Position numbers and translations under genes: made by a program
Assembly: GCA_950097015.1 (NCBI GenBank)
Contig: CATNEN010000039.1
Coordinates: forward strand, 16,306,001 to 16,370,000
DNA from: Macrostomum hystrix
Taxonomy: Eukaryota > Animalia > Platyhelminthes
DNA length: 64,000 bases
Reading direction: 5' to 3'
Shown here: piece after piece, positions 27,000 through 39,689 of the stretch
Layout of the letters: each line of letters begins with the position of its first letter
How positions within the stretch are numbered: the first letter of the stretch is position 1
Notes under the pieces: model-generated
Database searches by the model: none
Told to the model about the DNA's origin: nothing
The model's input: the letters and a program-made list of their open reading frames with translations, nothing else

Positions 27000-27670
27000 G
27001 AGTAGTAAAATATGTTCCATTTGCTTAAACGCGCTACTTTAAGTAATATCACAAGGAAACCTTAGCTATAATGTTTAATCTATTTTTAGGGATGAGTCAT
27101 GCGCTATTTTTAGATACAAAGTCATGTGAAATGAAACCGGAGAACCTGTTCTCGACAGCTGCATTTGCTTGAATTCCAAATATGGTAAACCTCACAATCC
27201 TGACTCACTAAACAAATATGTATGACCTAAGTAAACACCGGTAGTAGAACCGGTTTTCCCCAAAAATTTTACTATAAACACAAGCGAAAATTCAGACTCG
27301 GAGCGATCCACCGGACTTCAAAACAACTTTATGAAGAAAAGGACTCATCTCTGAGATTCGTTTTGAAATATAATTCTCTAGTAATTGTTTCGAATTGAAC
27401 TAAGGTTACGAGAGCCACATATCGCCGATACATTTGAGAAAGGCCTCTTTGTTTCCTAGGATCATTCCTAGAGGATTATTGATTGATTTGATTTGAGTTA
27501 TCCATTATCTTTCGGGGGGTAACGAAGAAGACGCCCTTCAGGAGAACCTATTAGAGAGACACAAGAGAGATTTCAATTGTTCACCAGGGAGCACGTTTCT
27601 ATTGGGAATTCCGAGCTCGAGGAAACCGACAAGTAATCTGATTCGCTCTCGTCCTTTATTGGCCAACAGA
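27000..27670 (+). repeat. Unclassified dispersed repeat, copy 1
   Basis: Reverse-complement similar over about 650 bp to 46903-47600 (for example ccgagctcgaggaaaccgacaagtaat and gaagaagacgcccttcaggag). Confidence 0.85.
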
Positions 27671-28518
27671 CTAATTCAAGCGCGGCAGACTAGCAGCTGC
27701 CAGGAAGACAAAGAAGACAAGACTATCAAAGACTCAAGAAGCACAGACTCGAAACTTCACGGTCGACCGGAACAAGAAGAAGAAGAACTACCGTATTACA
27801 AGGACGCAGAAGACTACAAACTACTTAAGGAAGAAGAAGCAATTGCAGTAAGTGTCACGTGACTGTTATAAATTCCTACGCAATTGTCTAGAAGTGGGAG
27901 TTTCGTGTGTCTGATCAACACACAATACTCTTCACTCCTACATTGTGAATTGAGCATGACCAAGGGCCTTGGTCCTCTCCTGAATTGAGGGAGTGGTGAA
28001 TGGTCTGGCTAAGTCGCAAAGTAGGTGTCCCTTCAGGGAACTGTTGGCAGCCGAGTAGCAGCTCCGCAGCCCGCTGCTTGCAGATGTTATTGAAAGGCTG
28101 GAGGCCCGGGTTGCAGATCAGGGTGCGTATTTTCAAGCTTTTACGCGTATAATAATTATTGATAAAGACAAGACCTAGCACTCAACTTGAAGTCGCAACA
28201 CAAAATATGCACGCAGTCGCAAGCTAAGCCTGTTCTGCTAGATATGGGCTGAGTCACACGACACCACACGACAAGCAAAACAAACTTTCCTTCTCTGTCT
28301 CCCTTCTACCTTGTTACCCCAGCAAGTTTAACACGAACGATCGCAACTCCTTACCCAGAGGAGGAACTCCTCTCAACAATCCACCCCCACATTTAAACGC
28401 ATTCCCATTCCTTTTGGCGTAGCCGATTGGAGGCACAATAACCTGCTTAGGATTAGGGTTAGATTAGGATTAGAGAGGCATCTACGATTTAGATATTCAA
28501 TCTCATCTGTTGTTAATG

Positions 28519-28731
28519 GCATCGTCTGCAAACTCACCTAAGCGCAGTTATAATGAAGCATTTCTTGAGTTCGGTTTCACAACTGCGAATGAAAGACCAC
28601 AATGCGTTATCTGCGAAGTCACATTATTGTCAAAGGAGTCAATGAAACCAAAAAAACTCAAGCGCCATCTGCAAACACAGCACCCTGAAGTTGCGACTAA
28701 GCCACGCGAGTATACTTTATGGAGAAGTTAA
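28519..28731 (+). mobile_element. hAT (Buster/Charlie, ZBED5-like) transposase N-terminal relic
   Basis: RSYNEAFLEFGFT..PQCVIC..L.KESMKPKKLKRHL.T.H....KPREY is the characteristic BED-type zinc-finger region of Buster transposases; truncated. Confidence 0.85.
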
Positions 28732-29567
28732 GGCGTCAAATTCCATCAGTTGGTATGACTGAACCAGCGTGCACAGGCAGCGTGCACATGAAAGAACAGT
28801 GGTGCTGTGAAACGCATCCAGGATGTCACGCCTGACGCTAGCTCGACAATCCTCTCCATCCACTTCCGGAGGCAGGACAGTAGAAATAAATTTACTGGGT
28901 TTAAAATAGTAAAACAAATTATATTAAAAAAACGTTCGAAGCTTTATAAAATGGTTTTGTAATTTAGCTCAACGTAATAAATTTATGTGTACTAAGTATT
29001 TATTTTTTTATTTTTTACTTTGCTTTATTTTTTGCTGACACTAGATTTTGAGCGCATTTTCAGTTTTCTGATCGTGCTGTTTTAAAGGGCCCGCTCCGCT
29101 CTATTGAAATCTGTTCTGTTTTCTATTAGCATTTTTATCTTTTTTTCCTTCTTCCTTCTTAAATTTATATTTTTTGATTAAAAAATCTAGTTTCAACCTT
29201 TTTATATTTGACAAATAATTTTCTAGCTAGCAAATAAATTTTATCAATGAAAGAAGCTATATGGTTGAGTTATTTTCAGGTTTTAATAGTTTGTTGAACA
29301 TGTATATCACTTTGTAGGATCTAACTAAACCTAACTTTATTCACAATGTATTTTGTGTAATATCTATGGAATTAAACTTATAAACATAATTTAATCTATA
29401 CCAGAATTTGAGGCTTTCCATTTGAAATTACTTGGTCCACTTGAATTTATTTTAAGTGAATTGAGAAGAAATGTTTAAATTACCTTAAAGCTGTTAAAAC
29501 ATTTAAGCTTTTAGTAAAGATCTGGCAATTAACTTTTCCATTTTCTAAACAAAAATACTTAATCAAG

Positions 29568-30122
29568 CCATAGTCCGGATCATGCTGGACTTACGCCGGA
29601 GGAAAAATCCAACATTTTTTGGCACTTACGCCAGACTTACGCCAACCAAAAAAGGTCCCTCTGACTTACGCCACCCAAAAAAGGTCCTTCACAATTCTTG
29701 TTAATCGGTGATTAATTAAATTCAGAATTTGCAACTGTTTAAAAATCTCACAAGTTGCAAATTCTGAATCAAGTATCAAAGTAAGCATCTTAAAGCTAAA
29801 AAAACTTTTGCTATCCTACAATAGATATTCTGCTATCTCATTTATACGAACTGCAATATTTTAATGAACTTTGTTTTAATGCTGCTCCTTAACATCATAA
29901 TTAACGCAAATGTGTTATGTTCTATAGTGATACATTTGATCGTGAATGATCTCATTTGTGCTAACATTTACGCCACTTGATTTATGCCATGTACTTACAC
30001 CAAGCACTTACGCCAAGGCACATTTTGGCCTATACTTACGCCAAGCACTTACGCCAGCCTCCAATCCCAAACCAGATTTATGCCGGAGATCTCCGGCGTA
30101 AACGACATGATCCGGACTATGG
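29568..30122. mobile_element. Non-autonomous TIR element (CCATAGTC termini), copy 1
   Basis: TIR ccatagtccggatcatg / catgatccggactatgg; flanks aatcaag and aatcaaag (near 8-bp TSD); many internal TTACGCC motifs. Confidence 0.85.
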
Positions 30123-30334
30123 AATCAAAGTTACAATTGTTAAGTTGCTTTGAGTTGCGAGTGCTAGTTAAATCAAGGATGTGTATCTGTTATTATAATG
30201 CAAGACAGTGAGTTAGAAGATGTTTTGGTAACCAAATATGGTAATATACTCTGTAATTTTATTTTTTTAACTAAAAAGTATCCATTTCAGTTTCTAAAAG
30301 CAAGGAAGTGTTTGTTGAATAAATAAATATTCCC

Positions 30335-33300
30335 ATGGATGCCTTTGTGACATTGGCCACAAATGACTCCTATGCCATTGGAGCCCTTGTATGGGCTTAT
30401 GCTTTGAAAAGATTAAAAACCTCAAAGCATATCTGTATAATGGTCACAGATGCAGTTGGTAATGAGCTGAGGTAGGTTAAGTATATTGATTGCATGCATT
30501 ATTAATTTGTTGTAGATTTACCTATCTTAATGAAAATTGAAAATGAAACCAAACCCTTAGCTGATGCTGGTATCAATTTTAAAACTGGGTGCCACTTAGG
30601 TAAAATGTGCAGCACAGCTACAGATATTACAATGGAATTTCGATTGCTGCATACTGCTTGTTCAGTCCATGGACTGTGAGGATGCCACACTCACACTCTA
30701 TCACAATCACACCAGTGAAGCTATATAGATTTGAGTGTCTTGCTAAAGGACACAATTTGTTCTATTGGAGTCGGGAATCGAACCCCCGACCTTCAACTCA
30801 AACCAATAGACTACAATCCCCTTCCAAAAAATAAAAACAATTATAAATCAAGACAGCCATTTTTTCTACTGGATTGTGCAATATTCGCACTCTCTATCGT
30901 ACTAAATTAAATCATCAGGTCGCTTCTAGCCGAAGTGGCAGATTCAGTTCAACCGGTGCAGCCGATTCTGGTGCCATCGTCGGCGCGTTCAGCCGCCTCG
31001 GCGGCCCTACACCTACTGGGCAGGCCGGATCTGCAGGGCGAATCGCTTGGCCTCGCTAAACTGCGTGTTTGGCAGCTGACCCACTTCTCAAAGGTAGCTT
31101 ATATGGACGCGGACACGCTGCCTCTGGTTAATATTGACGACCTGCTGGACCGGGAGGAGCTCTCAGCGGCGCCTGATCCCGGCTGGCCAGATTGGTTCAA
31201 CTCCGGCGTGATGGTGCTTCGACCGTCTGAAGCCACATTCGATCTGCTGATGCGCACAGCTACCAATTCGCCAACCAGCTTGGTGGACGGTTCTGATCAG
31301 GTCTCTGAGTAAAAGCTTTTTTGACTCTATTCTATCAATTTAAGTATTCGATTAATTTAGATTCGATGCTTTTATTCGACTTCTACGTTTGTCTTCATGT
31401 TTGAAATGCTTCTTTGCTTTGATTTTTGCTATAGTTTTTTTTGCAATAAGGTAAACGGCTAGAGTAATTTAAGCTCTCGCCTTCCACCTATACTAATTTG
31501 AAGTTCTAAAGAATGAGTCGGCAACCACCGGCTCCTAAACCCTGCCTCCTTGCCCCTTTCAATATCTCTGCTCTATCTCGTCTCTCCTGTCTAATCTCTC
31601 CCGTCTTATCTCTCCCCTGTTATATATTTTCCCTGTCTCATATCTTCCCTGTCTCATCTCTCCCTTATCTCATCTCTCCCTTATCTCATCTCTCCCGTGT
31701 CTCATCTCTCCAATGTCTCATTTCTCCCCTGTCTTATCTCTCCCCTGTCTTATCTCTCCCTTATCTCATCTCTCCCGTGTCTCATCTCTCCAATGTCTCA
31801 TCTCTCCCCTGTCTTATCTCTCCCTTATCTCATCTCTCCCGTGTCTCATCTCTCCAATGTCTCATCTCTCCCCTGTCTTATCTCTCCCTTATCTTATCTC
31901 TCCCCTGTCTTATATCTCCCTTATCTCATCTCTCCCCTGTCTTATCTCTCCCCTGTCTTATCTCTCCCTTATCTCATCTCTCCCCTGTCTTATCTCTCCC
32001 CTGTCTTATCTCTCCCCTGTCTTATCTCTCCCTTATCTCATCTCTCCCCTGTGTTATCTCTCCCCTGTCTCTTGGCTGCCCTGTCGCGTCTCTCCGCGGT
32101 CATTGTGGGCCGCTTTCGTCTTTTGATTCTCTCCTGGACTGCAATGTTTGTGGGGATTGCCAACCACCATTTTAAAGGTTTCGGTGTGTCATTAAAGTTA
32201 GTATTATTAAATTCGTCAGCCTCGGTTAAAACTATTAATTTACTAATCAGATGCCGAGTCATCTACGTACCACTCGTTATGTATAGTTACTCTCTCTGTC
32301 TACCCGAACCCACTAGGGACTGCTAAACGTCTGTCTAGCTGACCGTTGGAAATCAGCCGACATCTCTCGTCGCCTACCATTTGGCTACAACTGCCTGTCC
32401 TATGCTTTCTATACTTACCTGCCAGCCTTGCGTCATTTTCGCGGCAGTGTTCGAATTGTACACTTTGCTGGCGGCAATCAGAAGCCCTGGCAGTCTAGTA
32501 GAGCGTCTGGCAGTCTGGCGTCGGATGCTGGCTGCGAGGAGCCAGCCGAGGTTAGCAGCTATCGGGCCGAGTTCCTTGGAGAGTGGTGGCGAGTCTACGA
32601 CACCTGCGTCCTGCCCAGACTGATCGCTACTGGTCATCATCATTCGGTAAGAACCGGTTTTAAAGATGACGAAGCTTTGTTTAACTGAATACAAAGCATA
32701 GTTACTCACGCTGTTTACCTATTTTTGTGATTGTTTACTACGCTCGTAAATTATTTTAAAAGTATTGCGACGCACAGACAACAAGGTCAAGTCATGCTGA
32801 TAAGATTACACTTTGTTTACTCCTCCAACTCAATAGTGCCTGTCCAAAGTGGAACGATAAGCTTTAGACAAAGTTCCCCTTGACTATTTGTTTCACACTT
32901 GGCACGCGTGCAGAGTGTGCTAATGAATGTATTAACTCTTGCCTTGATATAGGCGCTGCTGTTGATTCATAAAATTTTTCCAGCACCAACCTGTTGAACT
33001 AATAGCGTTAGTGTAACACCGGGTGGTGTATTCAGATTTTTATCTATTACGTTAGACTAATAAATATATTTGCTTGTTAATTGTTATCAGTAACCTAAAA
33101 TAGTCGAAGCCAGTCCAGGCAAGTCAAATCTGGTGGTGCTACACACCATGCATAACATGCCGATTCGCTCGTTTGATTTTGTAACCCCTTAACCTTCCAT
33201 TGAACGCCGCAACTATTTCGCTCATTGAATATTTAATTAGCTTTACTTAATAATTTAAGCAGGTTTGCTAGCTTAGCTTAAGTTTTTTCTAATGCAGGTA

Positions 33301-36300
33301 TTCTACCGGCGGCTAAAACGTTGACCCGTCAAATGTTCCAAATGTTGTCGAATGTGTTCGTTGCTTTTTGGCCTTAGTTTGAGTTGGTTCAGTTGAGTTG
33401 TGAGCTGGTTTACACCGCCATCACACCTCAAGATGTTGATTTTACTAGTACATGTAATAGTAGAAAGACAACGCTATTTTTCACCCTAGGGAAAGACTAC
33501 GGGGTATTCCAAATACCCCCTGCCTGCTTCACGATTAGATCCTATACCGAATGACCGATTTTCGTCAAAGTCCACCATATGGATCAAGATTTTCCGCTCT
33601 TGACGATAAGCTAACTTTCAAAGCCTTCCCCGAGTCAGCATCGTTCGGCGATTCTTGTCAAAGACCCTGGTGACAAGGCCAACTAACATTGCTATGTATA
33701 TACCTCTATGGCGAATCCATATTGGTTCAAAATAGTTAGCAATATAAGCCAATAAGAGCAGACATGGTTTCATAATGAAGTTCTGTAAGCAGAAAAATCT
33801 TGCCTATATTGGTGTTTTTTTATAACAGACACTCCGATGAGAATCATTGAATATCTCGACGATGCCGATGTTTTGTGATTCTTGAAGTTGCTTCATTGGA
33901 TAGAGCGGAAAATCTTAGCCCCATGTTCTGGGTTATCATGGCGATTGGTTGAATATTTTTGGAGATAATAATAATATAAAAATAATAATTGACACTAGAA
34001 CCAAGGGCCAGTGCAGGTGTTGTGTGTCAGGCACACTAGCAGGTGGGGACTGCACACTTAATGTGCTCCCCGGCTCTCTCGGACACCGGTTGACAGCCGC
34101 GTGTCAGCAATGGAATTTATTTTTCCAAACATATCGGCAGCATCCGAACCCCACTGAATTGCCGCACAGAACTGCTTTATTCCACGCCAGCCGGAGTTAT
34201 TATTACCCGACGAAATATCGGTACTCATTTGCAGCTGAGTAGACTGTGTGCACATCAGGGCAAAGCAGCTTGCCAAAGGCTGCACGAATAGTTCTAGACT
34301 AGGTCGGGAGTCGAACCCAGGACCATCTGATCCAGAGTCCGACACCTTACTGACTGATCTATCCGCCACCAGGAGGGTACAGAGAGATACAGAGAAAATG
34401 TATTTGAAATAGCCCTGTGGTCTTTCTCCTGTTACAATTTTATTTAAATTACAAGTATCTATTTTGGCTTCAATTATGTTTGATTGCAAACAAAGAAAAC
34501 TTTAATAATGCGTTATCCCATTTTCCATTCCCGACTTCCTCCTGATATTTAGCCGCCTCATCTCGTGGGCTGGCCACCAACGCATAATTACCCTCCTTCC
34601 AAGCCTCTATTGTCGGATGTAAACTTCAAATACGGCCCATTGTTTGTTCCGGCTGTTCCCAACAACGATTCCAATCATCAAAATCAGCAGCAGCAGCAGT
34701 TTGTGTGGCAGCACCAGTTGCCAACTCCCATGCCCTATCAGCCTCCATCGGATGTGGCAGCATTCTACGCTAATAGCTCAGAGGTTGACAACAGGCCCAT
34801 AGACTACTATTATTGCGCGCAGCCCAGAGACTTTACAACTCTCGATACTCACTACGCTGAGCCGCCGATGGGCCTAGTAGTTGCTGAAACTGGCGATCCG
34901 GGCATGGACGCCATGTACTCTGGTCAGGAATTCTGCGCTAGCATATCTAACACTGACACTGTCGCTGACGATAAGAAAGATTTTATAGATAACAAGCAAC
35001 AAAATCAGCAGGAATCTGTTGAAACTGTCAAAGTAGAACACAACGCTGATAGTTTTTCAAAGCGCGATGAAGATAAAACTCCGATGTTGAATAGTCAAGA
35101 GCCATCGCCTGATCCTACTGGTTATAGTAGCCAGATGGCCAAGTACAAGCCTGTTATTAGTCCGGCTAAGGCCAAACGACTAGCCATATTTCGAGCGATT
35201 TGCTCGCACCCCATTGAAGCGTCGTCCTTCGCTTCTCGTCGTTACCGGCATCGTCAGAAGTCTTCGCCAATACTAAGAAGCAATAGCGGTAGTAGCGATC
35301 AGTTGCGACATACAACTCGCGAAAAACTTCGTAGAAAATCCTCTGCCGATTCTAAAGACGGTAAAATAGATGCAGATGAAGATGCGGCATCTTCTGCCTC
35401 GACCAGTTCTCGATCGGAGACTGACGCCTCAAATTCCATTGTTTCTCGCTTGACACAGTCCCTGACACTAGCTGGTCAGAAGCTAGTTCCTAAAGATAAT
35501 CAAGAGCTCCATAGTTTGAGGCGTGCTCAGTTGGAGGGGCCGCCGCCTCCACCTGTTTCCACACCGATGGAATCTGAATTCGTATCAGCTAAGAGCGATA
35601 GTTTGAGCACGCAGTTGCCAAGTCGACGCGCACTTGGTCAGCGCTTGGCCAGCATAGCCACCAAGGAGAGCGCTCGAGTCGTCGATCGTAAAAAAGCTAA
35701 GGTTGATCGATTTAGATTTTGTTTTCACTTCGATTTAGAGCGTTCTTATCGTGCTGGTCTTTAAGAGAAACTTTATAAAGTGGTTGCTTCATCGTTTGCC
35801 CAATCTGAGACAGGTTGCTTTACTATGATATTTAACAAGTTTTTACTGTACACATGCTTGCATTGTCGCTTCATTACACATCATAAGCATCACTGACTAA
35901 ACAATTCTGGGCATTATGTGATTTTTGTGTGCTTTAATCATTTTTTTTACAAAGGAAGGAACTATTAGAAGTTGCTTAACTCTTTAATAACTGGTCAATC
36001 AATTCATCATATATTTAGGTTATCGTCATTAACAATTTTGTAACTATCATAAATAATGCAAGTGTTGCATGCTTTGATTACACGCAATTCAAATTCAAAG
36101 AAAATTATAAAAATTCAGCTTGGCAATCTGATTGTTCAAAGCTTTAAACAATGAAAATTTCCAACATTTGATTTATTCAAAAGCCCATTTCTAATTATTA
36201 GCACCTAACTAGATTTTTGTTGTCTTGACCACGTAGTTAGATGCGTTGCTATTGTAAAATGTAAAGTCAATAAGTTAATTTTCCTTCTTACGTTGATCAC

Positions 36301-36934
36301 TGCTTCTTTTTCATTTCGAACTGCTTTTTGTCGTAAATACATGCTTGCAGGAAATTTTCAGCTTCAATGATCACAAAACATGGGAGACGTAGCTTTAGAA
36401 GCCTGACGTTGAGAAGTGACAATGATCACAAAACAAATAGTGTGTCTTAGAGCTGCAGCTTTCCTGTTTAGTTTCCTGCAGCTCTCTGAGATTTGACGCA
36501 CAGGCAGTCAGGTAATAGAACTTGTTAACTCTAATTAGCCAGATAAGTGCAGTTATTTACTAGAAAAATGATATGCCTAGTTTTGAGCAATGGATCGAAT
36601 AACTATGAACTATATATTATACTGGAGTGTATAGAGATCAAGAGCTGTCAAACTTTATACTTTTTCTAAATTACCTAAACTCACCATATACACCTGTTTC
36701 ATTGCTCTCGTTGACACAGTTTATAGTAGCTTTATAATAACTAGCTTTTAATTAAAAAATCGAGTGGCTGACTTACCGACAGTTTACTTACTCCAGGCCA
36801 GCCCACCCAGCGCCGGCTCGTCGGACCGCAACCATCGGCTGGCCTGGGAGCGCGGAGAGGCGGATTATCGCGGCAGGGACGGCTTCAGCTCGGTGCTGGA
36901 CCGGCTCAGACAGTTTGTGGACGACTTGGACTAA
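30335..36934 (+). CDS. GYG: Glycogenin (GT8) with long linker (711 aa; 328 aa if exon 4 is skipped)
   Basis: Exons 30335-30471, 30919-31300, 32317-32646, 34553-35701, 36797-36934. Motifs AFVTLATNDSY..GAL, DADTL (DxD), SAAPDPGWPD.FNSGV, DG.DQGLLN, YTYLPA (autoglucosylation Tyr), VHF.G..KPW, and the C-terminal glycogen-synthase-binding WERGEADYRGRDGF. Confidence 0.93.
30650..30822 (-). mobile_element. tRNA-derived SINE (family B) in glycogenin intron 1
   Basis: Minus strand TGTAGTCTATTGG...GGGGTTCGATTCCC, TGTGTCCTTTAGCAAGACACT, then the CAGTCCATGGACTG palindrome; similar to 61773-61970. Confidence 0.7.
31560..32075. repeat. CT-rich 14-16-bp tandem repeat (TCTCCCCTGTCTTATC variants)
   Basis: Seen directly in glycogenin intron 2. 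Confidence 0.93.
33975..34372 (-). mobile_element. tRNA-derived SINE with CORE-like central domain
   Basis: Minus strand tRNA-like head with B box GGTTCGACTCC, then CCTTTGGCAAG...CTCAGCTGCAAATGAGTACC, and a (TTA)-rich tail. Confidence 0.7.
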
Positions 36935-38067
36935 TGCCTGAGTTAGATACTCACTTTAAACTTTTGCTAATTATTTGCAACCTACCTGCATTAGACTACT
37001 AACAGTAGGTCAGTTTAGCGGAAATCATAGTACTTGATTGGTACCAAGAAGGTTGCAGTCCGCGCTACATTTCAAACCAAAAAGGTTTCAACCATTCGAA
37101 TCGTTAAAAAATAAGTAGTAGTTAGGTAAGAACGTTTTATTAATTAAGCATTTAGCTAATTTTACAAAATCATTCATTCAATTTTCTTGTTATTTAGCAA
37201 AAAATGATTTCGTCAATTTGATAGAACTAATTTACAGTTTATTCTAACCACTTAAAATAGTATTTTTCTCGTCGTCGCTGTTGCGAAATATCCGTGAACT
37301 TGAATTATGAACTGTCCATCTAACAGCTGGAAAAGTTTTTTAATTTTTATTGCCCTATCTACTATCTACTTGTTTGTACCCGAGTGACTAGGCTGTTTAG
37401 AATATTGCTTTCCATTTTTTGTGCCAGGATAATGTCGGCGCAAACAAATTGCTCAATAGATTTTTCTGGTTTCTGATTCTGTGTGCAATTTTTATCTCAT
37501 TCGTAATTAATCAGTCGTTTTTTATCGTTTCGAAATTTTTCATTCAGTCATTCATTGTCCTCATTAAACTGTAATGTTGTTATCTCATTCGTTCAAACCT
37601 TCGTGAACTACAATGATTTATCACGTATTGTGGCGTCGTTCTATCGTGTTTATTCTAAGAAGTTTTAACCTTCAGACTGCTGCTTAATAGCTGCTAGAAA
37701 CAATTGAAATTCCGTTGTCACTGTTCTAGTTAATACACGTAATTTATTCCTAACTTTGAGTGCTGTGTTTTTAGATAAATTCTTTAGTTCTAGTTAATTT
37801 AGTCTTTTTCATTATTGCTTTTAGTCAACTCATTCTCACCGCAAATGTTGTTTACTAAATTACAATCTGACTTCTGCCACTACTTGTGCAGCTGCAGGTA
37901 CACTAGAAATATATTTAAATACAAATGAAAACCCCTAGTTTTTTAGCAGCTTTTCTCTGTTATAGACATCATGATGTTATATGTTATAGGCAAACAGCAG
38001 ATTCATTTCGTTCGTTGTTTTTTATAAATACTCGTACTGCGATTGCTGACGCCATAGCCAGAACTTT

Positions 38068-38310
38068 CTACCAGTCGTTACTCTCACTGCCAGTCAGCCT
38101 CATCTCTACCAGTCACTCTCCTCTCACTGCCAGTCACTCTCCTCTCACTGCCAGTCAGCCTCATCTCTACCAGTCACTCTCGATCGTCTCTGCCACTCAC
38201 TCCCATCACTGCCAGTCACTCTCCTCTCTGCCAGTCACTCTCCTTCCCCTTTCTCTACCAGTCACTCTCCTCTCACTGCCAGTCAGCCTCCTCTCTGCCA
38301 GTCACTCGCC
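38068..38310. repeat. Imperfect about 20-23-bp repeat (CCAGTCACTCTCCTCTCACTG)
   Basis: Visible tandem units. Confidence 0.85.
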
Positions 38311-38862
38311 TTTCCTGCCATCCTTGCAGTAGATAAAATTTTTCCTGTTGCCTAGTTTTTAGCTGAGTTCCTTGAGCTCGTAGTACAGATCGAATTGTCC
38401 CTTAGTACGCTCGTACTATTGTATTCACGACAGGCTGCTTTAACAATGCAAAATTCACCGATATCGATCGGAAGAAACAAACTGCAAACTGAGGGATTGG
38501 TTTAAGTTGGCAGAAAGACAGTTTTTTATTGTCTTTGCAAACGAAAGCTGCATGGGCTATTCCACGTTGCCCTAAGTATAACAGCTCTGGGCTTTCTCGC
38601 TCTTAGATTGCATATCGACCGGTCATACTATTTAAGCATGGGATGGGTATCTTTTCTTTACAGTAATACTCCACCTTTTAGTACAATGGTTACGTTTCTA
38701 GCCAACGAGACGCGTTTATTATTGTCATGGCAACATTGTTCAAAACTTTCACATTTTATATCGACAGGTCGATCTATTTAATCCGGGAAGCAGTATTTGA
38801 GCTTTGAGCTATTCCCAATTAGCACTCAATTAAATTGGATGTGCAAGCAAATTGCTTATTTG

Positions 38863-39689
38863 ATGCATCTACCTCTGCTGGCATTGCTGCTGCTGTTGCT
38901 GCTGCATCCAGCGGTCCTGCAAACTGACTGTCGCCTTCCATCCCATCCTCACCTTCAACTGCGTGTCTCCAATCTATCAGCAGGTGCTCAATCTCGGCAT
39001 CTCGGCCTGCGCACTAAACTGCGGAGCAGCTCCGAGATGCCGAGCCTTCGCCATGATGGAGCCCTCGCCGATGTGGGCCGAGCCCGGCTGCCTGCTCTTT
39101 ACTTTCGACGCTTGCAGTTCGCAGCCGCTGGTTGATCCGAACTCGTGGAGCCGCGGCTGCAGGAACAGATCGAGGCTTCGAGTTTATGTGAAGCAGTCGG
39201 AGGGTCTGGAGCAGGGTCGATTGTGTCCCGCCGACTATCGATGGGTGAGCGGCGTCAACGGCAGCCAGTTCAAAGGATCGCTGTACAAGGCTGCTAGTGG
39301 AGGTCAGCTAGCCAGCTGGGCTTCTCAAGCCGCCAGCTGTCGGACCTTCGCAAAAGGCTCAGGCGGGTCCTCGATACCGTTGACGAAGCTGGCCGACGTC
39401 CACAGCCTTGAGGAGATTCAGGATCTGATGTTGGCCATCAGCCTCCAAGGTAGCAGCGAAATCTGGGTGGGCGCTGCACCCTTGGCCAAACACGAGCTGG
39501 CTTTGGACCGACTGCGGCTGGCCACTGCCTAAGCTGGGCACTAGCAGCGGCGGTCTCTGGTTCTCGGGTGGGCCGAACGACGGATTTAAGATGAGCCTAC
39601 GGGCTAGGATTTTCAACGCTCTTCTGGACGATAAAATTAATACAACTGCTTTTTACGGAGCCTGCGAGTGTGTCGATGTGTTTTCTTAG
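38863..39689 (+). pseudogene. Intronless secreted PAN/apple + C-type lectin-like gene with two apparent frameshifts
   Basis: Signal peptide MHLPLLALLLLLLL in one frame; CALNC....RCRAF......CLL (PAN-like) and W.....C....KLADV.S.EE....IWVG (CTLD) in a second frame (ORF 38963-39532); WLWTD...W..GGPN...DD......ACE* in the third frame, ending TAG 39689. Confidence 0.7.

Noticed and set aside
34300-34372. tRNA genes (also 61773-61840, 30770-30822, 17869-17940)
   Set aside because: A/B boxes are present but there is no convincing cloverleaf, and each continues into a shared SINE body.
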